Source of the DNA: a virus
Taxonomy: Duplodnaviria; Caudoviricetes
DNA: 64,000 nt
Strand: one strand, 5' to 3'
Virus record (IMG/VR): IMGVR_UViG_3300037067_021792
Positions 10,215 through 24,100 of this stretch are shown here, in pieces (the stretch's first letter is position 1; every line of letters starts with the position of its first letter). The position numbers and the translations under genes were made by a program. The notes under the pieces were generated by a model. The model did not search any database and was not told the DNA's origin. It saw nothing but the letters and a program-made list of their open reading frames with translations.

Positions 10215-13200
10215 ATGCCTATTAATACAAAAAATTATTTGTTAGAGGCATTCCTCTGACGAGATTGATGGAGATGTTTACTCTGCCCTATCGGACAAAC
10301 GCAGATTTACCATTATTGATAACCATTTGTATCGGATATCCGAGATAATCGGAAACGGGAGAATTGACGGGTGGGATATCGAGGCTGGAATATTTCCAAG
10401 TGTAATCGTTTCTCGCGGAAGTGGTATTATTGATGGTTATTATTTAAACACATTTGATGATCAGGTATTTAATCTTACTCAGAATGGGAATTTTTATTTT
10501 TACGCACAAAGAAGAGTTGGAATTATCGGTTCTAACGGTCCCAAATCTGATGTTAGATCCATTCAATATATAGATTCCGGGCCACCTGGCGATATAACAT
10601 CAATTAGCATATCTTCTCCTGATCCATTTTCAGTGATTATTACATTCTCTGCTGTGTCGGATAATGATTTGGATTATTATGAAATTTATAGAAGAGACGG
10701 CAGCACTGGATCTTTTAATGTAATTTCAACCACAGAGGAAACTACCTTCTCGGACTCAGTTGACGAGTTCTCGCAGTATGATTATCAAATATATGCTGTA
10801 GACCAGAGCGGAAACAGGTCGGCCAATCCAGCCACAGCTTCAATAACTACGGACTTGGCCAGTATTTTACCACCTAACCCAATCAATGTTTTAATGCCTA
10901 CGTCTAAATCTTCAGTTAACATTCTGTGGTCGAAGCCTCCAACCTTAGATATTGATCAAATAAACAATTGGAAGATTTCTTATGTGGAGCTAGATAGTGA
11001 GGACGCACCGATTGATTCTACCAGAACTGATTTTTTGATCAATAGATCGCTCTACAGCGATAGAATAGATGATCTTAAAATCGGACAGAAGTATCAGATT
11101 GCATTGCAAACAGTAGATTTATATAATAGGGAATCTATCGGGGTATCAAAGAATATAGTGCCACAACCGAGTTCTGGACCCAACGATCCAGTGGTTATTA
11201 CGTATTCCCAATCTAAATCAGACGAAAGTGGTATACGAGTTGATTTGTCATGGACGGATGGAGATACGCCATATTACCCAATCAAATCAAGACGGTATAA
11301 AATATATACTACGATTGAAGGGCAAATAGAGAGTGACGCTATCAATGTCCCAATTGGATATACCGATGAACAGATTTCTTTAGTTCCATACAACAGTGCA
11401 TCCGAATATAGAATAATCCCGGAGAATACTTTGATAACTTTCAGAGTTGTTGCTGTGGATGATCAGGAATACGAAAGTTCAGGAAATTATGTTAGATTTG
11501 TGACCGACATAGTTTCACCCACCCTTAGATTAGAGAATGTTCAATCTACGTTTGATTTGGACACTGCCAAAATCAGAATTACGTGGGACAATCGAAAAGA
11601 TACATACCAAATAAACATTATTATATTAGATACCGACTTAGAAGATCCATATACCACCGATGTAATAGTTATTAATACCATTGTCAGATCATCGCTGTAT
11701 GAATTTAACGGAGCTGAAATAAACCATAAATACAAGATATATCTTACTCCATATAACGTGGCGGGTAATGCTGGACCAGTATCCAATAAAACAGTGCTTA
11801 CAACATCTGGAATTGTGGGAACAATTCCAAAACCTAGCCCTCCAGATAAAATAGACATTAAGTCGAACGACCGGGAAATATCCATTGCATGGAATGATTC
11901 CATGTCTAATTTGACAACGGAATATAGAATATACAGAAAAGCAGGCGACATAAGCACTAGATATTCAGATTGGAAAATGATAGATCAAGTGCCTAGAAGT
12001 TCGCGGTTATTTACGGATTACGGGCTAGAAAATGACCAATTATATTCTTACTATTTAACAGGAGTAGATATATATGGAAATGAATCTTTGCATTTACTAA
12101 ACGGAGTTATAAATCTAGCATATGTCCAGGGCACACCCAAGAAAGAAGGGTCCACCACAGAACCTGACAATGTTCAACTGTCATTATCTAATGGACATAT
12201 TCTTATTACTTGGGACTCTTTACTTGAAGAATTTGATGGTTTCTCTATATATAGAAGTCATAATAATTTGCACAGCTGGGTTAAAATTGCAGATGTAGGC
12301 AGAGATACATTTTCCTTTTTGGATATAGAAATGCCAATGATAGATGGAACTATTATATATTATATGATAGATAAAACCGTCAACGATACGGATATAGTAG
12401 TCCAATCCTTTGACGTTTTGCCAGATCATTCTATTTATTTGGGCGCTGTTAGCACATCGGGATCTGAATTCGCCAGCATCGACACAGCATCCAGGCGCGA
12501 CATAAAGGATATGTTAGACCCAATATCCGAATACACAAATCAATACTTACTTACTCACAAACACTCGGGGATTGAAAATAACCCCGACAGGATTGATCTA
12601 AACTCTAAGCTAATTATAACCAAGTGGAGTACGAATGATGGTAAAACATTTACCACTCAAGAGGACATCCGAAATGGCACATCTTATGTTTTAAAAGTCA
12701 ACGGAAGAATCCCGAGTGTTCTATATGAGATAAATGTCGATGTCGGAAGTATTACTTTCGTTGATAAAATAGCAGATATAGAGACGGGCACGACTACAAA
12801 TATTCCAGATATAGAATTGATGGTATTCGGAGTAGAAGAAGTACAAGGTGTTTTGCCGGTTTCAGGGTTTAATGATATCCATGCAAGACAGGTAAGGTAT
12901 GGAGTGCTCACATCTGAGCAGATTCCTGATTTAGATCACGAAGGCAGAATATTTGAATCTGTATATCCAGATAGATATTTACTGGAGAGATATAGCAATC
13001 ACACTTTTTCAATCCCGCAATATAGTAGGGATTTAGGTAAAAATTTTGGGAATGGAACCACGTTTTATTCAATCATAGACGGCGATGGAGAGATAGAAAC
13101 CCTTGTAGATTGGGACAAGTACAATAATGGTGAGCGAGTTATGTTCCAGAAGCCATCCTATTCTGGGACTACTTTGCATAATTTGAAATTAAATACAGCA

Positions 13201-16200
13201 CAAGAAACTGTAAATACTTTTGCTGATAACGCGGTATACGATTCTGGTGGAACTTGGTATTCAAATCCGACTTATTTATACCTTGGGGATAATGCTACTT
13301 TTCAGTCTGATATTTACCTTCGATTTCCCATTAACTTTATATCCAGTTTTTCATTAGTTTCTGCAACAGTCCCATTCACCGCCCATGAATCTTTTGGTAG
13401 TCAGGTTGTGGTTAAAATTTCATACTTGGATCCAGCATCATATAGTGACTCGCTTGATTTGGATACTGATGCTGCGAGGTTTGTCCAGGGCAAGGGTTCT
13501 ATAATATGGAATCCTCAGAACTGGGCAGATGGGGCAACCGAATCTGTTGATGTGACATCATTAATCAATCAGTTCATGCAAGAATCGGATTATGCAGACG
13601 GTAACCATATTATATTAAAATTTGAAACTATAAGTTCTGGTGTGGGACATTATAGATCTGCTTACTCTTTTAATGATATAACCCTGGCACCAACCCTTGA
13701 TTTGCGTTATACTGTAGATTTATCAGAGGTAACCAGTAGTATACAATTTCAAAATCTTAAATCGTATCATTTACAGTTTGAATTTGAAGATAACTCTACC
13801 ACTAGATGGGTAAGGATCACAACTTCTGATTCAGGAATATTTCCAAATCCGATTATTAATTTGAAAAAAAGATTGAGATTTAAAATATATTTACCATCCC
13901 GATCCATACGTATGGGAATTGGAATTAGAGAGGTATTGGGAGAATCGCTTCAAATCGGAGAAAATGGTGGCATGTCAGGCGCCATTGAGTGGGTTAATGT
14001 GCCTGATTTTGTAATAGATGAGAACAACGTGGTTCCGGTGGGTCAATCTATATCCCCTGGCATATGGCATGATATCGATATAGACTTCTCTAACACCAGC
14101 ATATTAAGTTTTGAAAATGGGAACGGACAAATTAGCGAGAAGTATGGAGTATTAGAGCATTTAGCGTTTACTGTTGATCCAGAAAACCCATCGTCTGGAC
14201 CATTTGATGTGTATATAAATAAAATTGAGCAATCAAGCGATTTGTTAGTGTCTGGAACAAGCAATGGTATACAGATATCAGACGATTTTGGAAGTTCATG
14301 GAAGGTATCAAGGCTCACGGAAACTCCTGTGCATAAATTTTATAAATCTAAGAATAGCAACTTTTTGTGGGCAATTTCTTCAACAGAAGTGTTACTATCT
14401 ACCGATCCAGTTAAATGGTATACAATCAAAGGTGTTACAGGCGTACAAAGCATCAGAGACATAGCAGAAGATTCTGTTGGTAATATTTATATTTCTACTG
14501 AGCGTGGAGTTTTTACTTTAGACATATCTAGAATATATAATTTTGCCCTGTTCGAGCAGACTCAACCGATTGCTGCATTTACCACTGATTGTTATGGGCT
14601 ATACCATAACAATATATCTTCTGGAATTGACGAGATATGGGTTAGTACTGAATTTGGGATTTATAGAACTTCCGACACCGGTTCTACGTGGGAAGATACA
14701 GGATTACGAACGTTGGGCTTGCCTGTCTTTCAATTTCAAAATATTGGGACATCTCAAAACCCGAATATTATAGGAATGACCAGAAAACACATCTTGCGCA
14801 AGCGACATACTGACGATCAGTTTTATGCGATAACCAACTTCGATGACCAGCATGGAATTTCTGATAATTGGACATTTGAATATTTTTCTGAAAAACTATA
14901 TGTATCTAATGGCGGTGGAGTCTATGCTAATGATAAGGATTTAATTTTTACGCCCGGAACAGTGGATATTTCCTTTAGCAGAGTGATGCCTCAGCTTGAC
15001 AGAAACGGACACATAGCCACCACTTTCTGTTTAAATAAGGTTATATCTGAATCTAACAATTATGTTATGTTTGCTGGTCAAGAAAATAGGTTATTTTTAG
15101 TTGATAATGATGATAAAGTTCATACTAGATCGGTATTTTATGGGGAGCTTCCTAGTTTTTACGTGGACGATGTAGAACAAAATATCGGCTATACTTATAA
15201 TAATTTTAATGGTGTTATATCATTCAGAGAATATATAGGGATAAATCAAATAGTATCTTCTGCAACTTTGCCTCGCAGAGTTTTCCATGCATCCAACGGT
15301 GGTTGGGCCCTCACAAATCCAATGGCGGAAATATTTATATACATAGATGGTAACCCGACATGGTTGTTCTTTCAAATCAACAGCAGCAGGATATTGAATG
15401 AAATACAATTGATAAAAAGCGATATAGAAAATTTACCAGATTTAGATGACTTCAACAGTATTTTACCACAGTCTCAACAATACATGGATAGTACTATAGG
15501 AGACATAAATACAATATTAAGTGGTGGAAAAGATGGAACGCCGTTAATATCAAATGACACTATAATAACATTTCTGGATGATTTTACTAGATTTAAATCT
15601 TTATTAACTACTGATATTTCTGCAACCGTCAAGAATCCTGAAATAATTATTTCTGGAATCCCTAGATCAGAGGCTTTAGCCACCAGCAGGGGAGTGATAC
15701 TAGAACTATCTGAAGATTTTTCATCGAGCCATAGTGTGGGCATAGATATAAGTACATTTAATGGCGTGATAGATTTCAGGTCTGCATATGCGAATGCCAC
15801 GACTCCGGAAGATAGAGATTTATTTTCTTTTGATAAATTTGATCATATGAATATCACAGTATTTAATTCCAATATAAAAAACACCGGCGAACTGACACAC
15901 CGACAAACTGAGGATAAAATGGAGGAAGTAGGTACTGGACTGTCTGAAAATATGTCCAGATCATTTTACACGAATTTAATAAAAACAGGTATTTTTGCCG
16001 AATTAAATAATCATTTTTTGTTCGACAGATATAATGTGTCAAATATACAAAGTAAGTTTTACGCCGCACATACGGCATCCTGGTATGATTTGGTGAATTC
16101 TACAATAGACTATGATACAGTAATCGAGGTTGATGCTGTTTTGGAGTCGAGATTTGTCAATGTAATTATACAGACGAGTGGTGACCCGTATTTGCCCAAT

Positions 16201-17103
16201 AAAATTTGGATTGGAACAGACAGGCACATTTCACAATATGACATAGTTAACGACCCATACTTTGGCACGGAAGAGCTTAGCATGACGGGAATTATAATTC
16301 CTGGTAATTATGATTTTATGTCAATATGGGATATCTGGGAGTATAATGGTAAAGTATATGCTGTTGCATCTGATCCTGATCAATCTGGTCACATTTATTA
16401 TACATCAGATTATGGAATAACATGGAACGAGATAGAAACAACAAATTTGCCTAATGAAATATATTCTTTCAGAATGATCAATAATATCAAAATAGTTGGA
16501 ACGCAGCAGGGAGTATATTACTGTGACAACGATTTGGAGGAGTGGTATGCTGCGGATGTTGTTTTATCCAAATACTTGTCTGGAAAAGACCCAATAAATG
16601 CATTTGGACGTTCGATGTGGAAGTTGGTTCATTCTAATTTTTTGACGTGCGAATCTGACCGGTGGTTCTACACGTCTGGATCTGGCAAAGAGTTCTTTTG
16701 CCCCGGACGTATGTCAGAGAACAAGTGTTCTTCCGTGAACTCTGTTCTTCGTTTTAAAAACTTAACATGGATTGCCACAAATAAAGGATTATATAATGAT
16801 GGTAATTCAATATTATCTGACAATGTTCAGTTCGGCCTGCAAATAATTGAGGCAACAGAGGAGTCCTCTTTACTACCTATAAATGATATTACAAACAGCG
16901 CCGACTCTGTGTATGCGTGCTCAAGCAATGAGTTTATTTATCGATTTTGGGACGGCATTTGGGACAAATATTTTGTTCCAGACTTTGGGCCAATTCATAA
17001 ATTGTTTTATTGTAATACAGAAGTAAAACAATTGTTAATAGCTATTTCTTATGATAAATCAAAAGTAATAGACGTGACACCTGGCATTGGAGTTTTTGGG
17101 TAA
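10215..17103 (+). CDS. Giant tail-associated protein with FN3 repeats and BNR/YCF48-like propellers; probable start at 10215 with a +1 frame change near 10254-10266
   Basis: ORF 10327..17103 (2258 aa, TTG start, no SD) has FN3 motifs (YEIYRR, YQIYAVDQSGNRS, YYLTGVDIYGNES) and Asp-boxes (SDDFGSSW, TSDTGSTW, TSDYGITW). Its frame is open from 10246; the SD-led ATG 10215 frame stops at TGA 10257. Confidence 0.7.
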
Positions 17104-18101
17104 TGTCAATAGATCTTATTTCTGCTGCCAACACGGCTTATACGACAGGGACCATATTAGGACAAATTGTCCGATTCGAAGATGGTGATATATATGACCC
17201 GTATGGGACAAGAAAAAAAGTAGACAAGGTGTCATTAAATCTATCTGTAAATACTGCAGGAAGGAAGGATTATGTTGAGGAATCGGGTGGATTGGCAGCA
17301 TTTCAGGCTGCAAACTTTCAGGAGTCAAGGGATGGATGGGTATTTCAGCCAACAATTAATTGGCAACCGGGTAATAGTTGGGAGAGTAGTGGCACTCCGA
17401 TTGTAAATTCTTTTCAATCTCAATATTACAGTGGGTGGGATGACTCTGTTGTTAACGCATCATTTATAAAATACGAAATTCTTTTTAGTACTGTCGGTAA
17501 CTATGACGTATGGGGATATGGAAAAACATCCGGCGGCAATGCATATTGGTCATTCCAAAATAACATAAGTGATATATATGATTTTACACTCGGAGAGATA
17601 ACCGACAGTAGACCAAGATGGACCAAAATAGGAAGCGTAGATATAGAGGAAGGAGGGGTATACACATTTACTGTATATTTGTCTGATGCATCCCTTGTAT
17701 TGTTAGACCAATGGTGTTTTGTTAGCTCTGTTCTGGGTAATATATTTGCAGGAAGCAATGTCCCTGTGACAAACTCGGTCGGTCCTTTTAATACTGTTGT
17801 TCGAGTAAGGAGTTTATCATCAGACGACAGCGTTGACAGTATAAATTCTCCGACTTCTATTGGCCCTAAATCTATATCAGCATGGCTTCCATCCAAAAAT
17901 ATTATTGCGTCAGGAAAACATAATTATGCCATCAAAGGAATTTCTGATACATATTTTGTTGGTGGATTAACCATAGAATACTGGCAAATTGGTGGGAGTG
18001 AAGACCATTTTGCTGCATGGCGGTATTCGTTTCCGAGTACAAGTGTGGGGAAATCGTTTATAAGCAATGATTTGGGTCAGAATTATCAAGTATCGGAATA
18101 A
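17103..18101 (+). CDS. Putative virion protein with carbohydrate-binding-like beta-sandwich
   Basis: 332 aa, TAATG-coupled; YEILFSTVGNYDVWGYG...WTKIGSVDIEEGGVYTFTV...LLDQW resembles a CBM-type module. Confidence 0.5.
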   Translation: MSIDLISAANTAYTTGTILGQIVRFEDGDIYDPYGTRKKVDKVSLNLSVNTAGRKDYVEESGGLAAFQAANFQESRDGWVFQPTINWQPGNSWESSGTPIVNSFQSQYYSGWDDSVVNASFIKYEILFSTVGNYDVWGYGKTSGGNAYWSFQNNISDIYDFTLGEITDSRPRWTKIGSVDIEEGGVYTFTVYLSDASLVLLDQWCFVSSVLGNIFAGSNVPVTNSVGPFNTVVRVRSLSSDDSVDSINSPTSIGPKSISAWLPSKNIIASGKHNYAIKGISDTYFVGGLTIEYWQIGGSEDHFAAWRYSFPSTSVGKSFISNDLGQNYQVSE

Positions 18102-18102
18102 T

Positions 18103-21100
18103 ATGAGCGATATGAATTATTCATTTGAGATATACACTTTCAACGAGGCCATTACTCCATACGGAACCCTGGAAACACGATCGCCTCCTCTTGAGCCTTA
18201 TGTTTTAGACGATTTTACGCCAGGGATACACTTCAGAACAGGCCCCGACCCAATTACAAAAGCACTGCAACTAGAGTTTGATAATAGATTGTTGACGATA
18301 CTATTGGATCAATCCGGGTCTCTGACTTGGAACGACCAAAGTCGGGACAGATACACGTATTTATCACGATTTTTAAGTAAACTAGAATCAACTTATCCGG
18401 GATCAATTTCTACTAACTTAATTGGATTCGGCGGCTCGTTTGTAAAAACATTCATACTTTTATCTGCATCCAATGATACTTCCGTTTCTTCTGATTTTAA
18501 CCAGCTTCTTCGAACATCGTTTCAAAATAGTGTATATGATTTTGCCGGAATAAGAGTCGTCAGAAGATTAGACAGGTTCCCACTGCATCCTGCAGATGGA
18601 GCTGTAATACTAGATGGAATATTCGAGTCAGTGAAAGACGATGATTTAACAGATGGAACCCAATATTATTATGGAGTTTGGACATATAATAAAGACGAGC
18701 ATTTTAGTGTGGGACAATTCATATCTGGCACACCAAGGGATAGAATATTGCCAAAGGGAGTGAATTTTGCAACAGCAACACCCAGAGTACTGCCAGGTGT
18801 GGCAAGAGATTCCTACACCGAACTAATATATAATTTTTCTGATAGGTCAGGGTCTATTATTTTTGATTCATCTGGAAACGGTATGCACGGAATTCTGGGT
18901 GATGAAGTTATCGAGGAAAATTTTTGGATTGGTGATGGAGTAGATGGGTATATCACCAGCGATGGATTAAAAAAATCAAGCGGCGTAAGATTCGATGGTT
19001 CATTCGACATAATTGAGGTATCTAGTTCTGTCGGAACTTCTTATGTTTCAAGTCGTGCGACTACAATAAACCTGTGGATATATAAAAACGAACAAACTGC
19101 GCAGTCTTGGGTGATTGGGACATCGTCTCAATCACCGTCAACCAATGTCGGGTGGGCTATCGGATTAGATACTAACGGTGGTTTATTGTTCCATATCAAC
19201 GGAGATATTGTTTCTGGGTTTAATGAAAACACGGGCGTAGTAGTCCCGACCAGAGAATGGACGATGGTAACGTTTGTTTTGTCAACAGCAGGACAAATGG
19301 CATCTCTATATATTAATGGATACTTAACTTCATGGTCAACTGTAATGCCCGTTGCGGACACATCATCTTATGACCGAATTTATATTGGTGCTAAGCCAGT
19401 AGATAATAGTTCCGTGTGGGCTGGGGTCGATTATTTTGGAGCCTTGAATCTAATTAGTATTCACAGCACAATTCGAAGCGCCGAATATATACTCCAGTTA
19501 TATGATCAAGAAAAACTAGTATTTAATCGTACTATTAAAGATTCTGCGCAGAAACTAATAGACAACAAACAAAGAGAGGTATTGATAAGCTGGAACACGG
19601 AGTCTGGGTATGATTATGAAAATGGCTATATTAAAGTATTACGGAAATATAACAGTATTCCATTTAATGTTAGTGATGGTGACACTGTTTGCATGGTATC
19701 TCCGCAAGTTGGAACTGCATATTATTTAGATACATATAATTTTATACATAATGGAAACTATTACTACAGAGTGTTTACTATTAATGCTATGGGCAACCCA
19801 TGCGATTTGCAGGAATCTAGGATTATGTCTGTGCATATACCTAGATCTGACAATGCTACTGCATCTCTTTTGTCTCCGGTATCCAATCCTAGTGTGACAT
19901 TAGGGAATAGAAAATTGTATTTGCAATGGACCAATCCTTTGGATTCTAGGTGGCGTGGTACCAAAATTTGGTATAGTAAAAAAACGTTTCCAAAGATAAG
20001 CAAGTCTGGCGAAAATACGATAGATGTATCCGACGGAGTGCTTTTGCTGGATACAACACAGTCCGGTTTTGTTCACAAAGAAGACGGCAAGAGTGGTACA
20101 AACGCGACGATTGCCCTACAAAACGGAGTATCTTATTACTATACAATTCTAACATACGATGAATATGGAAGATATTCTGATCCTGCATATTTAGTGGGAA
20201 TTCCATCATCAGAGTTAGACTCTGCATTTATCCCGGAAGAAATAAAAAATCTCAATCTATCTATACTTAGTCCTAATACTATCGTTTTGCAGTGGAATAA
20301 TCCAACAATAAAATCCGAGCAATTAAATCTGTGGATGAATGAGTTGGCGGTGGCATTTATTAGCATCAAAGACGCGTATGGGGATGATTTAGACGATATT
20401 AGTAACCTGCAGGTTCAAGTATGCACTGACATTACAACAAGAGATATTATAACCACTGAAATTCCTCTGGATAATAGCAATTTGTACCCCGGAGGAACAG
20501 AATGCATTGGCAAGGGATGTGTTTCGAGGGGCTATACCTTTGATGCAAATTGCAATACACCGGAAGAAGATGCAGAAACAGTTGTTCAGTTTACTACGGA
20601 GACAGGCGGAATTATAAAAAGTATTGTTACTCATATTGGGGATAAATCAGTATTATCCCGAAGAGAGCAATACACAATGAACATACGGGCCATATATAAA
20701 ATCAAAGATCCATCAAACTCAGAAAATAATTTGTTTGAGTTCTATACCGATGGAGTTACAGTGTCTTTTTCTCATCCTATTAAAATGTCTCTTGTTAATA
20801 AATCCAATTCCGTAGTCACGGTTAGTTGTCAGTCTGAAGGAGCACATCGGGGAGAAGAGCCTTGTAAATGTTTATCTCAGCAAGATCATCCTACTTGTCA
20901 AACAAAAACATTTAATGGAGGGTTTGCAGGATCATCTACCCCATACGTGTGCCGGTGTGAGGTGCAATACAAAGGTGAATCGCTGCCAGAAGGTGTTTTG
21001 GTTAATGTGACTGCATGGAAACATACAGACAATTACTCGTTGAACGAAAAATCAACTATTACATCTATTAGGGAGGGATATTATAGCACAAAACCAATAT

Positions 21101-24100
21101 TATCCGAAGAAATAGACATTAATGGAAATCCCACCGGTAGATTGGTGTCTAAAAGCATTGTAGACATCGAAGTCCCTCATCCATCTTTGCCAGATTGGAT
21201 AGACATTTATGTTACCATAGACTACAACGGACTGTTTGTTGATGCAGTGCATACTATTCGGTTTATAAGTGTTTTGTTTATATCCGCAGAAGTTAATCCA
21301 GCTCTACCGGATGGCATAGATGTTTCAGAGCAAATAGCTACGGTCTGGACCGTTAATCCAGATTATCCTGACGATGTTTCAAAAAGGCTGCCCGTGCCAA
21401 ACGATACCCTAGTTAAGTGGGAGTTGGTCAAAATACAATTTGGGAGGGATCGTCCGTTTTATAGTACTGAAAACGTTCCGATAAGCGGAGTATACTCAGC
21501 AACAGTAAATGGGGTCGCTAGAAATGTATTCTTTGGTCCTGTTGGCAATATGGAGCCGCACATTTTTAACAAATCATGTGGAAAAGATGAAGCCCCGGAG
21601 TTGTGTTGTTTGTCAGAACATTATGCAATTAAGGCCAGCGCAACCTATAACGGTGAAACTGCCCAAGATTCATATCAATTTTTCTATGAGTGTGAAATAC
21701 CAGGTGGGTTCACAAATAAAAGGTTCTTGATTAACGCGGCACACAACCAACCCGGGCAATGGCCTCATTGGGTAACATGGGCCGACGGAGAGCACTTGCT
21801 CAAATTCCAGATTGCCCAGGACGCAGCTATTTTAGACGATTCACAAATGCTTGATGTAGAAAATTTTGTTGACTGCGTTGAGAGAACTGTCGGTGGGCAA
21901 AGTTTCTTTTTACCATTAGGACATATTGTTCAAGTATATGCTCCAGGCGAAATCCTATGGGATGTAATATTTCAAGAAGACCCATATACTGGTGAGGAGA
22001 CGATATATTCTTATGAGTCTATATCGCCTAGTTTGGCAGAAGATCTTGGTGTCCCATTTGTGGCAAATATACCAATACGAGGGGCGGTAACAGATTTCTA
22101 CGTGAGATTGAATGCATTTGTTGGGGACAAAAGTAATCCAAAACCAGATGTTTGCCAGAGTAGCAATGAATCTGGTGGTGGGAATATAGACCTATTGCCA
22201 TGCGAATGGAGATATATATGTGACAATAATTCTTACCAGAAGTGGGTTAGTGTATCGCCTATATCGGGTTATACTACAATTATGGTTAATAACAAATCTG
22301 TTTCATTGCAAGCAGCGGGAAATTACGATGTGGGCATTCCTCCTGTATATATTGGATGGAAGGAGCCGCTCGATGTGAGAATTATTGAGGCCAGAGCAAA
22401 TAGTCAGAGAATTAATGATCTCATCGTAGATGGGGTTACAAGGCATACTTTTGTGGTAGAGGCCACATTTGCTGGTCTGCCAGTTCCGGATGGCACACCT
22501 GTAATACTTCAAGTCATCGATGAAGGACAGAGCATAGTTAGGCTGTCTAACTGTGTTGGCATACCAGAATGTAGTCCATCGTCTAATGGTATTATTTACA
22601 CAAGGCAGGTTAACGACAGCATTTTAAATCCAACCGGAAATAAAAGATCTCTTGCTTATTTCAGTATAGAACCACTTGAAGGCTCAGTACAATTTTATGC
22701 AAAAATATTAGTAAGATGTTCTTATGATAAATTAGGCACGGTCTCCAGAACAATCGAGAGGTGTATAGAGATAAATAACACTATAAACTCCGATGAAAAC
22801 CCAGAGACCAATCCAACTATTGCGAATTGTCCAAATCCGCCGTGTTCCAATCCACAAACAACATCAGTTACTACCAATGAGTTGGTGATATATGACACAA
22901 TACATCAGTCCATCGGCACAGCAAATAGCAGTCAATTGCACAGGATGTCTCATTTTGTATCATATTTGGATACAACCGGCGGATTCAGCATGTATGTTTT
23001 CGGAGGATTCACCGGAGGTGCTAATTCATCCACCGCACCATATGAAAGATTATCAAATGATTATATAACTCCAACTTGCGAAGAACTCAATTTAATAACT
23101 ATGGAGTGGGAATTCATAACCAACATGCCTACTCCTAGATGTTCTGGTATGACCGCGTCCAAAAATGGCATCATATACTGTATTGGAGGAATTGAGCGGG
23201 ATGAAATACTGTCTCAGTATACAGTGTCTAGAAAGATAGAAGCATATAATACCGATTCGGGGTCGTGGGATTCTACACTATCTTCAATGCCGGAAGAATA
23301 TGGAGTGGCCTTTGGAACTGCCCAAATTGTCGGTGATTATATATATGTCACATGTGGAATTAATACAATTATTAATAATTCTCAACCAGATAAGCTAAAT
23401 GATCGTATCCTAAGATACTCAATAACTAAGAATAAGTGGGACATAATTACACCGAATAACGTCGCGACATGCCAGCGAATATCGCCATTTGGTTTTTACA
23501 GAAGTAACGATTCTAGTGGATACGGCGATTCAAACAGTTATTATGTAGTGTGCGGGTCGTCCCCAAAAGGATTATCGGAAATTGATGCAGAAAGGTCTGC
23601 GATTATAGACCAGAAATTGAGTGATTTAAAATCAGAGACAGAGGCCTCTTTGTATTTTTCGAAACTCACTCTAGATGAACAGTCCGAGTTTTTATCTAAT
23701 ATGGATAAACAAATTAGGAGTGAAACTCAAGTATCTCCATTCGAATATTTTAAAACCGGTTTCAAATTCGTTCCTGGAACAGAGTTTGAGTCTGGCGGAA
23801 CGTGGTTAATTAATATTATTTCGATAGATGATGAATGGAAAATAATGCCGTTCCCAAGAGACAGAGGACAATCTGTTTATATCCCACATCAAGACGTTGT
23901 GTATTTTATCGGTGGCTCAAATCAGAATTTTTCTACAACACTCAGCAAAGTAGAAGCTATCGACCTCAGAACTAATTCTTACTCCGTTTCTGCTCCGTTA
24001 AAGAGGGGAAAATCAATGTTTGGGGCGGTTGCTATTGATGATTCTATTTATATATCTGGAGGGTTTACAAGCGGACACAGGGAGGGGTTTGTAAGAGTAT

